Below, piece after piece: positions 12,340 through 24,046 of a DNA stretch of 64,000 nt; the first letter of the stretch is position 1; the number at the start of each line of letters is the position of its first letter. The notes under the pieces are model-generated. The model was not told where the DNA came from, ran no database searches, and saw nothing but the letters and a program-made list of their open reading frames with translations. Made by a program: the position numbers and the translations under genes. The DNA comes from Eledone cirrhosa (taxonomy: Eukaryota): NCBI GenBank assembly GCA_964016885.1, contig OZ024740.1, forward strand, positions 86,490,001-86,554,000, read 5' to 3'.

Positions 12340-12488
12340 CTAGCAGAATGGCCCGGCGTTGCTCGGGATTTGCTCTAGGGTTCTTATATATTTGATATAT
12401 ATTTATCCTTTCGAGCCTCGTGAAATAAATACCTACTTTTGTTTATATTTTGTTATTGTGTATGCAAAAATATCTGTACACGAATATA

Positions 12489-12586
<98 letters not shown>

Positions 12587-13530
12587 TAACAGATTAAAGT
12601 TTAAGCAAAGAATCGCTGCTTTCACCCTTAACGGAATCTTCTGAAACTAAAATAAAAAGTCAGCTGTTCGGCGATCGGTTCGTTGTTTGTATGTTTCAAG
12701 TGCTCTTCTGGTGGCAGTACGTTCTGCATCTTAAGCAAAGAATCGCTGCTTTCACCCTTAACGGGATCTTCTACCTAAAAGCAGTATGAAGTACACTAAG
12801 ACTAACTGATGTAATCGTATGCAAATGTTGGCCTTGTTTGTTTATATATATTTTTTTTTTTGTGTATGCAAAAATATCTGTCAGTGATGCATGTGATTAT
12901 GTAATCGCGCGCCTTATTTGTTTATATTTTGTTCTTGTGTATGCATCGTATGTAATCGTTGGTCTTGATTGTTTTTATTTTGTTTTTGTGTATACAAATA
13001 TATATATATATTAAAATAACATATTAAAGTTTAAGAAAAGAATCGCTGCTTTCAACCTTAACGGGATCTTCTGAAACTAAAAAAATCAATCTGTGAACGC
13101 AGATGTAAGTATTTCGAAAAACATTGCAACCGAAGGAAACAGGAAGACGATACTTTGGTTCGTGAAGACGTTCCCTGGCATAAGAATATATATATATATA
13201 CACACACACTATATATACATACACACACACACTGATGGCGTCATAATGACGTAATGCAGACAGGCAGGCATACAGACAGATATTATAAGGGCGCAACATT
13301 ATATCTATGTATCTATCTAAAAGGAGAAAGACTAAGAATTATAGAGAAAGAGATCGCTTTTTCGCCTAATGCGTTCCCTAGGGCATTGAAAATTTAAATA
13401 TTTTTTGCTCAAAACACTCACACGACTATAAGTATTACATGTGTAAAGTTTGAAAACAATCGGTTGGGTGGTTCTCGAGTTTTAGTGATCGGACAGACAG
13501 ACAGACATTCTCTGTTTTATATATATATAT
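12340..13530 (-). mobile_element. Non-autonomous Helitron-like element, copy 2 (head-to-tail with copy 1)
   Basis: Same ctagcagaatggcccggcgttgctcggga terminus; 13000-13520 parallels 11830-12335. Confidence 0.7.
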
Positions 13531-13629
13531 ATAATCTCTATATACCTATCTTATACATATATACATGTATATATCCATACAATATATATTATGCTTATAA
13601 TACCAACGTATATTCATATATATATATGA

Positions 13630-14675
13630 CACTGTTACGAAGACCAGAAAACCATACTCCATAATATTGAACCAAGTGATTGATTTGTGCGACCAAAATA
13701 ACACCAAACACATATTGAACTAGGAATATTGGATCCTCCGTCAATGTCCGGGTGAGCAAAAATAGATTTCTATCTGCATTGGAATTTACGAACTTGTGCA
13801 TCTGCTGTGGTGTCAAAAACAAACGCGCATGACCACACAGATAAACAATGGACCATGCCACGTGGCTTGAACCCGTAAGTGAATTGAAGGTTCTGCAACT
13901 CTGATACACAGATTATTTATTATTAAGATGTATAAACTTGACATAACTATTATCATCTTATATTCTCTCAACTAATCACACTTGATCATATTTCTCTATC
14001 CCGTTTTCTCCCCCCACAATTATTATATTTTTATTATTATTTGAAAAAATCGTTTTTTTTACATTGTGTTTTCCCCTCCAAATATTCGCTTATATTTCTT
14101 TATATATTCTCTATATATTTTTTTATCCTTATTTTTTTATCTTTATTATTTCCACTTTTATCCTCCTTTATATTTTACCTTATTCTTACTTTTATACCTT
14201 ATTATAGTGTAATCTTCCCCATGCCTTATTATACACTATTAATTATAGATTATTATTATTACTCTTTTTCCATTTCTAATTACCCCATGTACTTTCTCCT
14301 CCGCTATATATATATATATATATATATATTGTATGCCCTTTGTGTTTGTGTAGCCTCTGCACACCCTCTGCACCATACTATCGTCGCCACCCCATCTATG
14401 GTTCAGCTAACCACCCGACTCCCGGGAATGAATATGACCGCAGCTAGTAAACAAGGACCCACACCCACCCTCCCGTACCAAAATTAGACTTATCGTCCCC
14501 TACTTTTGCTCTTTACTCTCTTTACTCTTTTTTCTTGAATGTTTGGTTGGTAGAGTCCATAACACCAATCAAACCCCTTTTATAGCTCTGACGAATCCTA
14601 CGGTTACGTAAGGAAGAAACATTGTAAGCCAATAAAAATCTTTTGATGTTGTAGACGCTCTTGTGTTCTTTTTCA
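13630..14675 (+). mobile_element. Degenerate PLE 3' remnant/pLTR
   Basis: Hammerhead plus AATAAA at the end and (TA)n flanks. Weak endonuclease C-terminal-like residues (DLCDQNNTKHILN*E). Confidence 0.45.
14583..14631 (+). ncRNA. Minimal type I hammerhead ribozyme (family E)
   Basis: uagcu-CUGACGA-auccuacg guua cguaagga a-GAAA-cauug-UA^agcca, followed by AATAAA; predicted cleavage after A14626. Confidence 0.78.
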
Positions 14676-14693
14676 TATATATATATATATACG

Positions 14694-14728
<35 letters not shown>

Positions 14729-15334
14729 GCGCGCGCGCGCGCCTGTGTGTGTGTGTGTGTGAGAGAGTGTGTGAGTGTTTGTACGTGTACATACATACGT
14801 ATAAAATGTAATAGATCGACATATAGACTTATAACAGTTGGTTTAAGTGGGTTAGGTGAATGAAATGTTACTATGATAGTTGTACCACAATACTATATCA
14901 ATGCCGGAAGGGCTACAATGATTTTTGACTCACTGGAGAATTTCAGCACGATCCTTTACGATAACTTTCACCTGACAAGAGAAGCTACATGAAACGTGCA
15001 TTTGTGGCTGCCAAACCCAGACCAGTGACTTCAGGCACATTTATAATTTTTTTAACTGACTTTCTTTGTTAGAGTATTTTGTTCTAGATTACGTCGATAT
15101 TTAATTTTACAATTTATTTTCTCTATTTTTCTCATTTCTCGGTGTCTAACGTGCTTCTTTTATTGTAGTTGTTGTTGAGGGTGTCCTTTTTTTTTGCATG
15201 TATAAAGAAAACTTTCAGCTCACGAGAGAAGAAATTAACATCAATACAAAAGTCCATTATACCGAAAATGTTATTCAGAATTTTTGCAGATATTTGTTTT
15301 TTTTACTACCCATTTTATATTTTTTTTTTTTTTT

Positions 15335-15400
15335 ATCATCAATAACATCATCATCATAATCATTCTCAATATCATCATCATCATCATCATCATCATAATT

Positions 15401-15452
<52 letters not shown>

Positions 15453-15765
15453 ACATTATCATTATCATCATCACCATTATATTTATTACCACCATCACTA
15501 CCAGTAGCATCAAGATTACCTCCACCAATGTCATCATGATCATCATCAGCACCACCACCAAAATGATTACCAGCTTGATCATCAATACGGCCACCCTCCC
15601 ATCACTCCCGTTTTCAGCAGCAGCACTAGCAGCAATATCACCATCAACATTGTCATCAACATCTTCACTAGCACCCATATTATCAGCAGACGCACTACAA
15701 TCGCTACCAGTTTCATCACCATAGTCATCATCATCATCAGCAGCCTCATCATCATCATCATCATT

Positions 15766-15804
<39 letters not shown>

Positions 15805-15805
15805 T
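15335..15805. repeat. Compound (ATC)n/(ACC)n/(AGC)n microsatellite
   Basis: Directly visible. Confidence 0.9.
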
Positions 15806-15821
15806 CCACTATCATGTTTGT

Positions 15822-17778
15822 ATTGTTCAGTTTTTGTGATGTGTGTGTAACAGTTGCTTGCTGAGTAGAGTGTGTTTGAGTCTCAGTCATTGATGTTATT
15901 TAACTGGAAAGTTTGTTCAAATGGATACCAATCCGCTTACCTGCAGCCTCAGATATTCACGACGTATCGTTCCCAGCAAGCATGCCTTTTGAAGTGTTCC
16001 AAAAAAGGGGGCTGCACTAATGTTCTTTAACCATCATTGAAAACTATTATTATTATTGTTCTTTGAGTCTCAGTCATTGCTGTTATTTAACTGGAAAGTT
16101 TGTTGAAATGAATATCAAGCCGCTACCTGCAGCCTCAGAGATTCAGGACGTATCGGAGGGTTTTGCAAGCCTTTTGAAGTGTTCCAAAATGCGGGGCTGG
16201 ACTAATCTTCTTTAACCATCCTTGGAAACATTTTGAGATAGTACCTAGTGTGCCTATGACAATCGGAACGACCTTGATGGCAGTTCCAAATCTTTTTCAT
16301 GGCAGTTCCAAATCCTTCATGGCAGTTCCAAATCCATGGCAGTTCCAAATCCTTCATGGCAGTTCCAAATCCTTTTTAACTCCCACTTTAAGTCCTGGTA
16401 TCGGTTAATTTTCTCCCACTCCTTTTCTTGCAATCTCGTGTCAAATGAGCCGGCTACATCTACAATCAGGCACGATCTTTTTTCCTTGTCCAAAACCACC
16501 AGGTCAGGCCTATTGTGTTCTAATTTCTTGTCCGTCTGTATCCTAAAATCGCATAGCACCTTCACCTGATCGTTTTCTATCACCGACTCTGGCTTATGCT
16601 CATACCACTTCTCAGAATGTGGTAAATTATTTACCTTGCATAGATGCCAGTGGATCACCCTGCCTATCACATCATGTCTCCAGCCTTTATAGTGAGTCTA
16701 GGCTGGGTGTTTACACTCGGATACAATGTGAGCTACAGTCTCCTCTCTCTGTCCACAGATCCTACACAGTGAGCTAGCCTCCTCCTTGTCAATATGGTGT
16801 TTCACCCACTTCGTTCTAAGGGATTGCTCTTGCGCAGCCATTAGCATTCCTTCTGTAGCTTTTTTAAGGTCTCCTCTTTTTAACCAGTTCCATGTCTGTG
16901 GATCTCTTAATTCCGTTTTCTTAAAGAAGGTGCTATGAAGGGATTTTTCATGAAGGTTGTTCCTCCTCTTTGTTGTTATTTCCTCCTTGGACATCCCCTG
17001 GTCTATTGTCTTCTCCTTCAGTACAATTTTGAGCATTGGCTCCCTACTGTCAGCCACATATTAGTGCAGGTTGTATTCTCCATCTGAACACATTCTCCAT
17101 CTGATCTCTTTAAGTAGAGTCTATCAACATCACTCCTCTTGTGTAACATGTTGTAGATAGTCATTAGCTTCCTAGTCTTTCTATCCATTTATTTTTATTC
17201 AGCAACATTCCATTTCAGAATTCCCGCACTGTACCTAATAATAGACACAGCTCTGGAATTTACTGCACTTATGACATTCCTACTATTTAGATATGTTCCT
17301 TATTCTCCTTATGTATTCAGATCTTATCAATTCCTTCATTTTTTTGTTCTTCATGTCATCAGCCCCCAGAACACCTAAATATTTTTTATCCCTCTTCCGT
17401 GTCAATTTCCTTTATCATCTTACCTGTTGGTACCTGGATTCCGTTGTTTCTGCTCAATTTACCCCCCTTCATCACTAGGACTCCACACTTATTAACACCA
17501 AATTCCATACATATATCAACAAGTACATCCAATTCCTTCTCACTCTTCCCAAAGAATTTAAGATCGTCCATGAAGAGGAGGTGGTTGATGATAAGCTCTC
17601 CTCTTCCCAACTTGTATGCTGCTCTCACTTTTCACAATATGACGGACAGGGGTATAAGGGCAAGGACAAACAACAAAGGGGACAAACTATCTCCCTGGAA
17701 GATTCCTCTCTTGATTTTCACGCCTCCCAAGGATTCTTCACCTGATGTTAACTCTGTTTCCCATGACTTCATACTTTT
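15822..17778 (-). mobile_element. 5'-truncated R4/Dong-like RLE non-LTR retrotransposon with duplicated 3' end
   Basis: RT GIFQGDSLSPLLF..INHLLFMDDLK; CRICGQREETVAHIVSEC; RHDVIG..IHW; HNRPDLVVLDK..CLIVDVA (RLE). (TAA)n tail near 16045 and a second 3'-end copy at 15876-16045. Confidence 0.88.
16278..16372 (+). repeat. Five tandem copies of atggcagttccaaatc (17-21 bp period)
   Basis: Directly visible inside the Dong-like element. Confidence 0.85.
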
Positions 17779-17920
<142 letters not shown>

Positions 17921-18130
17921 GGCGACCTACGTAGTAAATCGTATCATCGTGAGCTCCGCAAAGGTTTGTTATTTTCGTTTGTTAAAAATTGCCATTTATG
18001 GAAAATTTTTATTGTTAGCTGTATATAAGTGCACATACATTGTTTTCCGAAAAGGACACCCAAAAAGATTGGTGCCTTGTGCCCAAAATTTAAACTTTTA
18101 TGATTATCAAAAAATTTCTTTGAAAAAATC

Positions 18131-19793
18131 ATGGCTGATTCACCTTTGCACCAAGCAGCTGAGAGCCTTCCTCACAAACTAACATCTCACACCGACACCA
18201 CCATTGTAAATATTACCACTAAAAATTTAATCAGTAGCAATATTTTAAATTTGTCTCAGGCAGACATTAATTTTCCGCCATTACCAATGACTGCAGGTGT
18301 TAAAGCCGTCACCCCCACCACCACCGCGACAACAGAAACAAAAGAAAAGAATAAATTAACTCGTGATGTCGAAATGAATTCAACCAAAATGAACTCTTCC
18401 ACACCGAACACCACGGACGCCACCACCACCACAACTGAAACTAAAATTAACAATAGCAAAAATAACGATAACAACAACAGCAACAATGACATTAAGAAAA
18501 CTACCCTGAGTTTTGCCAGAGTAGCAAAAACGTGCGAAGCATTTCAGGTAACTCAAGAGGAATTAGAAGATGCAAAAAAAAGGGTAAAGAAAGATGGGTA
18601 CAGGGTCAGCCCCCCCCCCCCCCCCCCCCACCCCCACCTAATAAAATGGAGCAACGTCGCCAATGTACAGTGTCTTATCGGACAATTAACATAAAATCGC
18701 GCCGAGTGGAACGGGCATCCGAGTCCCAAATCCAAAAAGCTTTGGGACATGTGTGGGGAAAAAAACCCCACATCAGACGTGGGCAGAAGTATGGAGGAGA
18801 TCCCAGAGGTAATAGACCTCACTGACGGCAGCCACCTCACCGTAATCGTCGAGGGCAGAAGACCTAGGTGTGTCGTTTGTGGTGAAGGAACACACCTAAG
18901 GGCTTTCTGCCCTCAGGCTAAAAGGTTGAGGCCACCACCTTTACCCACCCCAGTGACTCAACCATCAAAACCACCAGCAGCAGAGATGGCAGCAACAAAT
19001 GTAACAGCAACAACAGAAGCAAATGTAACAGCAACAATCCCAGCAACAGTAGCAAAACCAACACCACCACCACCCAACGCGCCAGAACTAGCACCAGCGC
19101 CAACACCATCCACCACGCCACAACCAAAACCAACGCCTGTGGAGGATTTTCCACTCCCCGGCTTATCGCAACTGGGGACAGATTGTGACGACTAGGAGTG
19201 GGAAACGGTATCAGGAAAAAAGAAAAAAAGAATCCCCCCCCCCCCAAAAAAAAAATTCTCTTCCTTCCCCCTCCAAAAACAAAATACAGAGGGAAACAAA
19301 TAAATTATCAAACAAAAAAGTTAGGACAGATATGCCACCATCCACACCAGCATCACCAACCCCATCACCACAAACACCAACACCATCACCATCATTAACC
19401 CCAACACCACCATCACCAACACCATAAAAGTCACTAAAAAGCGTAACAGAAACAAACCCACAACAAACGCAAACAAAACAAAACAAACAAAACGATACAC
19501 ACTATACAGCATTAAATTTGAACAACGACCAATTATTACACTACATGCAACACAACACCAGCATCACAGAAAAAGACTACACAACAATCCAAAAGTTCAC
19601 ACCACCTCCACACATACAAATCACTCGCATCACACAGAAAACGTACACGACACTAAAACCAAAATTCCCCAAAGACACCGGAGACTTCCGACAAACACTC
19701 TCCAGGAGGATTTATAAGGACATCCTTCCAGAGGAGGCCACGAGCAGTGAAAAGGATGGAGAAACTGTCCTTCCACTACGAGAAGTAAGGTAA
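18131..19793 (+). pseudogene. Tx1 ORF1 (gag-like, CCHC zinc knuckle, Pro/Thr-rich), frameshifted with internal deletion
   Basis: SFARVAK, RRVERASESQIQKALGHVW and VIVEGRRPRCVVCGEGTHLRAFCPQ; homologous to 24226-25345. Confidence 0.75.
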
Positions 19794-19827
19794 GTGGTCT
19801 TTCCCATCTTTTCCACTCCATTTCAAC

Positions 19828-22800
19828 ATGACCTCACTCAGAATAGGCAGCATAAATGCGCGTAGCTTGGGGTCGTCATGGAAGCAGGGCCACCTGTTCA
19901 ACGACCTCAGGTCACTAAACATAGATGTAGTTGCCTTCAGCGAGACCAGAATCTCCGAAGCACGGGCTTTCGCACCGATCTTCGGCGGCTACGATGCATA
20001 CGCATCTCCCAGGCGTCCGGGATCGGGGGGAGGAGTTGCTGTGCTTTTTCGGAGAGGTTTGGATCTCGCCATACGGGCCATCTTCCTGGACCCAGAAGGT
20101 AAGTTGGTGGTGCTAGAAGTGACCAGCGGAGAAGGGCAAGCTTTCAGATTAGTGGCCGTCTATGCCCCGACAGGAGCAGGGCGGCCTGATTTCTTCCGGC
20201 GTCTGGAGACCTTTCTTGGAACGTCCCGCTCTTTAGTGTTAGTGGACGACTGGAACGGGATCTTAGATGCACGCTGGGACTGTGTGAGATTAGTGGATAG
20301 GGGAGGAGGGTGCAAGAGTTTCACCAACCTGCTCAGGCGTTTTGAACTGTCTGACAGGTACCGATTGGATTTCCCGAATGTGCCAATGTGGACTTGGACA
20401 AATCGCATAGGGTCATCCAGATCATATCTAGATAGAGTATTTTGTAGGGAAATAGATAGGTCTAGCATAGGCTGTTCACAATTCAAGATAGTCAGCTACA
20501 CGGACCACAAATTCGTGATCTGTGTGCTTGACTTAGATAGGCTTCATAGACGAGGAACCAGCTACTGGAAGCTAAACGCATCCTTACCAGCGCGCAAGGC
20601 CTACAGAGACCGGATTAGCGAACTAGTTAAGCGGGCGTTGACGGGGGCCATCGTCAACAACAAGTGGTGGTTTGCTCTGAAAAGAGCAAGTAGAATAGAG
20701 TCCATTATGTTTAGTAAGGCTTTAGCAATAGAGAAAAATAGAGCAGAGGGAGAATTAGTTAGAAAATTAGACGAGGTGCTTACCAAAGGCATCGCGACCG
20801 ACGTACTTGCGGCGAAATTGGCCCTTGACCAATTCTTCAATGCAAAGCACGAAGGCTGCGTTGTCAGAGCTAGGGTGCGTGCTCTCAGACACGAGGGGAC
20901 GAAAGCCGTTCAATGGGCCCGAGTGGCGGAGGCGCGTCGTGGCAACAAAGCCACAATCCGGTCTTTGGTGGACCACGACTGGCGCATGCTACTCAATCCC
21001 GGGAAAATGTGTGAAGCTTTTCAGCGACACTTCGCACAGCTGTTCGGGGGCAGCGGCGGGCCGGATCGAGGGATGGACTTTAGTGTCTACCTCGACGGAC
21101 TGCCGCGGCTCTCGGCCACTGAGGCGGAGTGTTGCGAAAAGCCGATAACAGCCGCTGAAGTACGGGAGGCAATGACTGGCTGCACAAGGGGTACATCGCC
21201 TGGTTTGGATGGTCTGCCCTATGAACTTTACGTACAGATGCCAGACTTGTTCGGAGGCCTCTTGGCGGACGTCTACTGCAGCTGGCAACAGAACGGGAGA
21301 ATTCCCAGCTCTGTGAGCCGAGGACCTGTTGCGCTGCTGAGAAAGGTTCCCAACAAGGGGGATATCATAGATAATTTCAGGCCCATAACTCTGCTAAACA
21401 CAGAATTCAAGATTTTGGCCAAGGTGCTAACAAAGAGGTTGGCGCTTGTCGTTGGTGGTCTGGTGGGAGAGGCGCAGACGAGCGCCATTCCCGACAGATC
21501 CATCCAAGATAACCTCCACCTCATGCGATACATCGTAGAGAGGGTAGCTAGGGAATCTGGCACGGGTGGGTCCTTGATCAATTTAGATCAGTCGAAAGCT
21601 TTCGATAGGGTCGACCATCGTTACCTAGCGGCAGTCCTGAGGGCGACTGGATTTGAGCCCGTCTTCAGAGGCTGGATCGCTGCCATGCACAGCGACATCT
21701 GCTCTGTGGTGAGAGTGAACGTTCACCTTTCGGAACCGTTCAACATCATGCGCTCGGTCCGCCAAGGATGTCCCCACTCGTCCCTCTTGTACGTATTGAC
21801 TCTCGAGCCATTACTGCACAAACTGGAGACGTGGAGGGGGTCCCGCGCGAACTAGGATGCGGAAGATCCGTGTCAGCATATGCGGACGATGTCACCGTAG
21901 TGGTATCGAACGCCAAACACATCGAGGCGATCGGCACTAGACTAAGAGAATACGAAGCGGTGACAGGAGCAATGATCAACCAGGAAAAGTCAGTGGGCCT
22001 GCAGCTCGGCACCTGGAGAGGCAGGTCCATTCCGTCCAACAGCGTCGTCGGGCGCTGGACGGACGGACCGGTTAAATCGCTAAGGGTCTGGTTCGGTCCA
22101 GACCTCCAGACGGACAAAAACTGGGACGAGGTCACGAGCAGGGTGGCTTCTCTCACCCAGAAATGGGCGGAGAGGAAGCTATCCCTGAAAGGTCGAGCGG
22201 AGGTGGCTAACGCGTACATCGCGTCCGTCATCTACTACCGCCTGATGGTTGTACCTTGTCCTAAGCCCCACCTGACTGCGCTGGAGCGTTTGCTCTTTCG
22301 CTTTTTGTGGAAGGGACGCGCCCCGATGGTCAGGCGGTCCATCTTCTGTCAACACCCGCTACGGTGATCAGGTGTGATCGCCGTTTGCTAGACGCGTCTT
22401 TCCCCAGCTCGTCTCCTTGACGGAGCTGCAGTCCTGGGTCAAGCAACGACCGAGAGGGAGCGCTTGGAGACTGGAATGTCTTCAGGGGCTCACAGCCTTC
22501 GACCAATCGGGCAATGTGATCGGTGGAAACTCCACCTCGGCGTTCTATAGGGGATTAGTGGAGGGGAAGAGCGACGACGTACTTGGAGAAACTCTAGGCG
22601 TCGACGAAAATCAACTAGCCAATCTCTTCGGAAGGACTTTCGGGCCGGGGCCTATGGACAACTTCCAGAAATCCCTGGCCTGGCAGTGCTGCCGAGGAGC
22701 TTTGCCAGTTCGGGATAAACTCTACAGGCATGGAGGTGCCGTCAGCCGGGCATGTCCGAGATGCGCGCAGGGCGACGAAATCGTCCTGCACGCACTCGTC

Positions 22801-23169
22801 CAGTGTCCGAGCATTGCTGACTTGTGGGTTTATGTCGAACACCTGCTGTCACGTGTAGGACTGATCCAGCTATCAGCTGAGTCCATCGTGAGGATTGCCC
22901 CGCCCTCTTCCTTTAGCCGGGAAGGGCAGGCAGTTTTTATCTGTCTGGTGGCCATGGCGAAAGAGATAGTATGGTGGACACGTTTGAAATGGCTGAAGAC
23001 GAGCACTTACCTCTTCGGTGATGCCCTGATTAACTTTTTCAAATTTCATTTGAAAAGGAAAATCAGGGTAGAGAGGGAAGTGCTCTCTTCCCAGCATTTT
23101 GTTGAAAGATGGGTGAGAGAAGTAAGTATGGCCCGTGTGAATGGGCCTACTCTGTGTATGTGTCTGTAA
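19828..23169 (+). pseudogene. Tx1 ORF2: APE endonuclease, reverse transcriptase, C-terminal zinc finger (frameshifts near 21830 and 22365)
   Basis: IGSINARSL, AFSETR, GGGVAVL, VAVYAP, SYLDRVF, TDHK, YWKLN, SPGLDGLPYE, FRPITLLN, LDQSKAFDRVDH, VRQGCP, AYADDV, CPRC..E..LHALVQC. Confidence 0.92.
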
Positions 23170-23457
23170 ATTAAAGGTGGAAAACTGGGAGAAGGCACTT
23201 GCCCTGGTGGTCAGGGTCACTGTGGCCTTTTAATGGGCTTTCTCCACAAATCTCCCTCGGAAGTCTCCCCCCTATTGGGGAATTTTTCTTTGTTATTTTT
23301 TATTATATCCTCTGTTTTTTTTACACGCAGAAATGCCCATTTGTACCGTCCTGTATTGTCCTGTACTGTCCTTAATGTCTACCTTAATGTCTTAATGTAA
23401 ACCATTGTGGTCAATAAAGAAAACATTATTATTATTATTTTTATTATTATTATTATT

Positions 23458-24028
23458 GTTCTGGTGGCCATGGCGAAAGAGATTGTGTGGTGGACAAGGT
23501 TAAAAGGGTTAAAGACAGACACTTTCCTCTTCGGCGAATCCATAATTAACTTTTTCAAGTTTCACTTGAAGAGGAAAATCAGGGTGGAGAGGCAAGTGCT
23601 GCCTTCTAGCAAGTTTGTTGAAAGGTGGGTGAATGTAGCGAGAAGGGTCCGAGTGAACGGGACCGCTCTGAATATACGTCTGTAGTTTGAGAAATGGAAA
23701 AATTGAGAGAGGGCGCTTGCCCTGGTGGTCAGGGTGGCCGTGGTCTCTTGTGTGGTTTTCGCCACGAGTAACCCTCGGTGGTTTCCCCCCTATTGGGGAA
23801 TTTTTCATTGTTTCAATTTTCATTTTTATTGTTTATATATTTTATATTGTTTATATATTTTATATTTTATTGTTTATATATATGTTTCTATGTCCTTTTT
23901 TTTTCTTTTCTTATATAAATAATAAAAATTCTTTACACGCACAAAACCCACATTATACCGTCCTTTACCGTCTTGTGTCGTCTCTAATGTTTCTCTTGAT
24001 GTCAGCCCTTGTGGCCAATAAAGAAATC
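23458..24028 (+). mobile_element. Severely 5'-truncated Tx1 copy (ORF2 C-terminus + 3'UTR)
   Basis: LVAMAKEIVWWTRLKGLKTDTFLFGESIINFFKFHLKRK; flanked by (ATT)n on both sides. Confidence 0.88.
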
Positions 24029-24046
24029 ATTATTATTATTATTATT

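Larger units (their letters stand above)
17921..23424 (+). mobile_element. Near full-length Tx1-like (L1 clade) LINE, copy 1
   Basis: 5'UTR, gag-like ORF1, APE-RT-CCHC ORF2, and 3'UTR ending AATAAAGAAAAC-(ATT)n. Confidence 0.9.

Noticed and set aside
16278-16372. CRISPR-like short repeats
   Set aside because: No unique spacers, eukaryotic context, and it lies within a LINE ORF; simple slippage.
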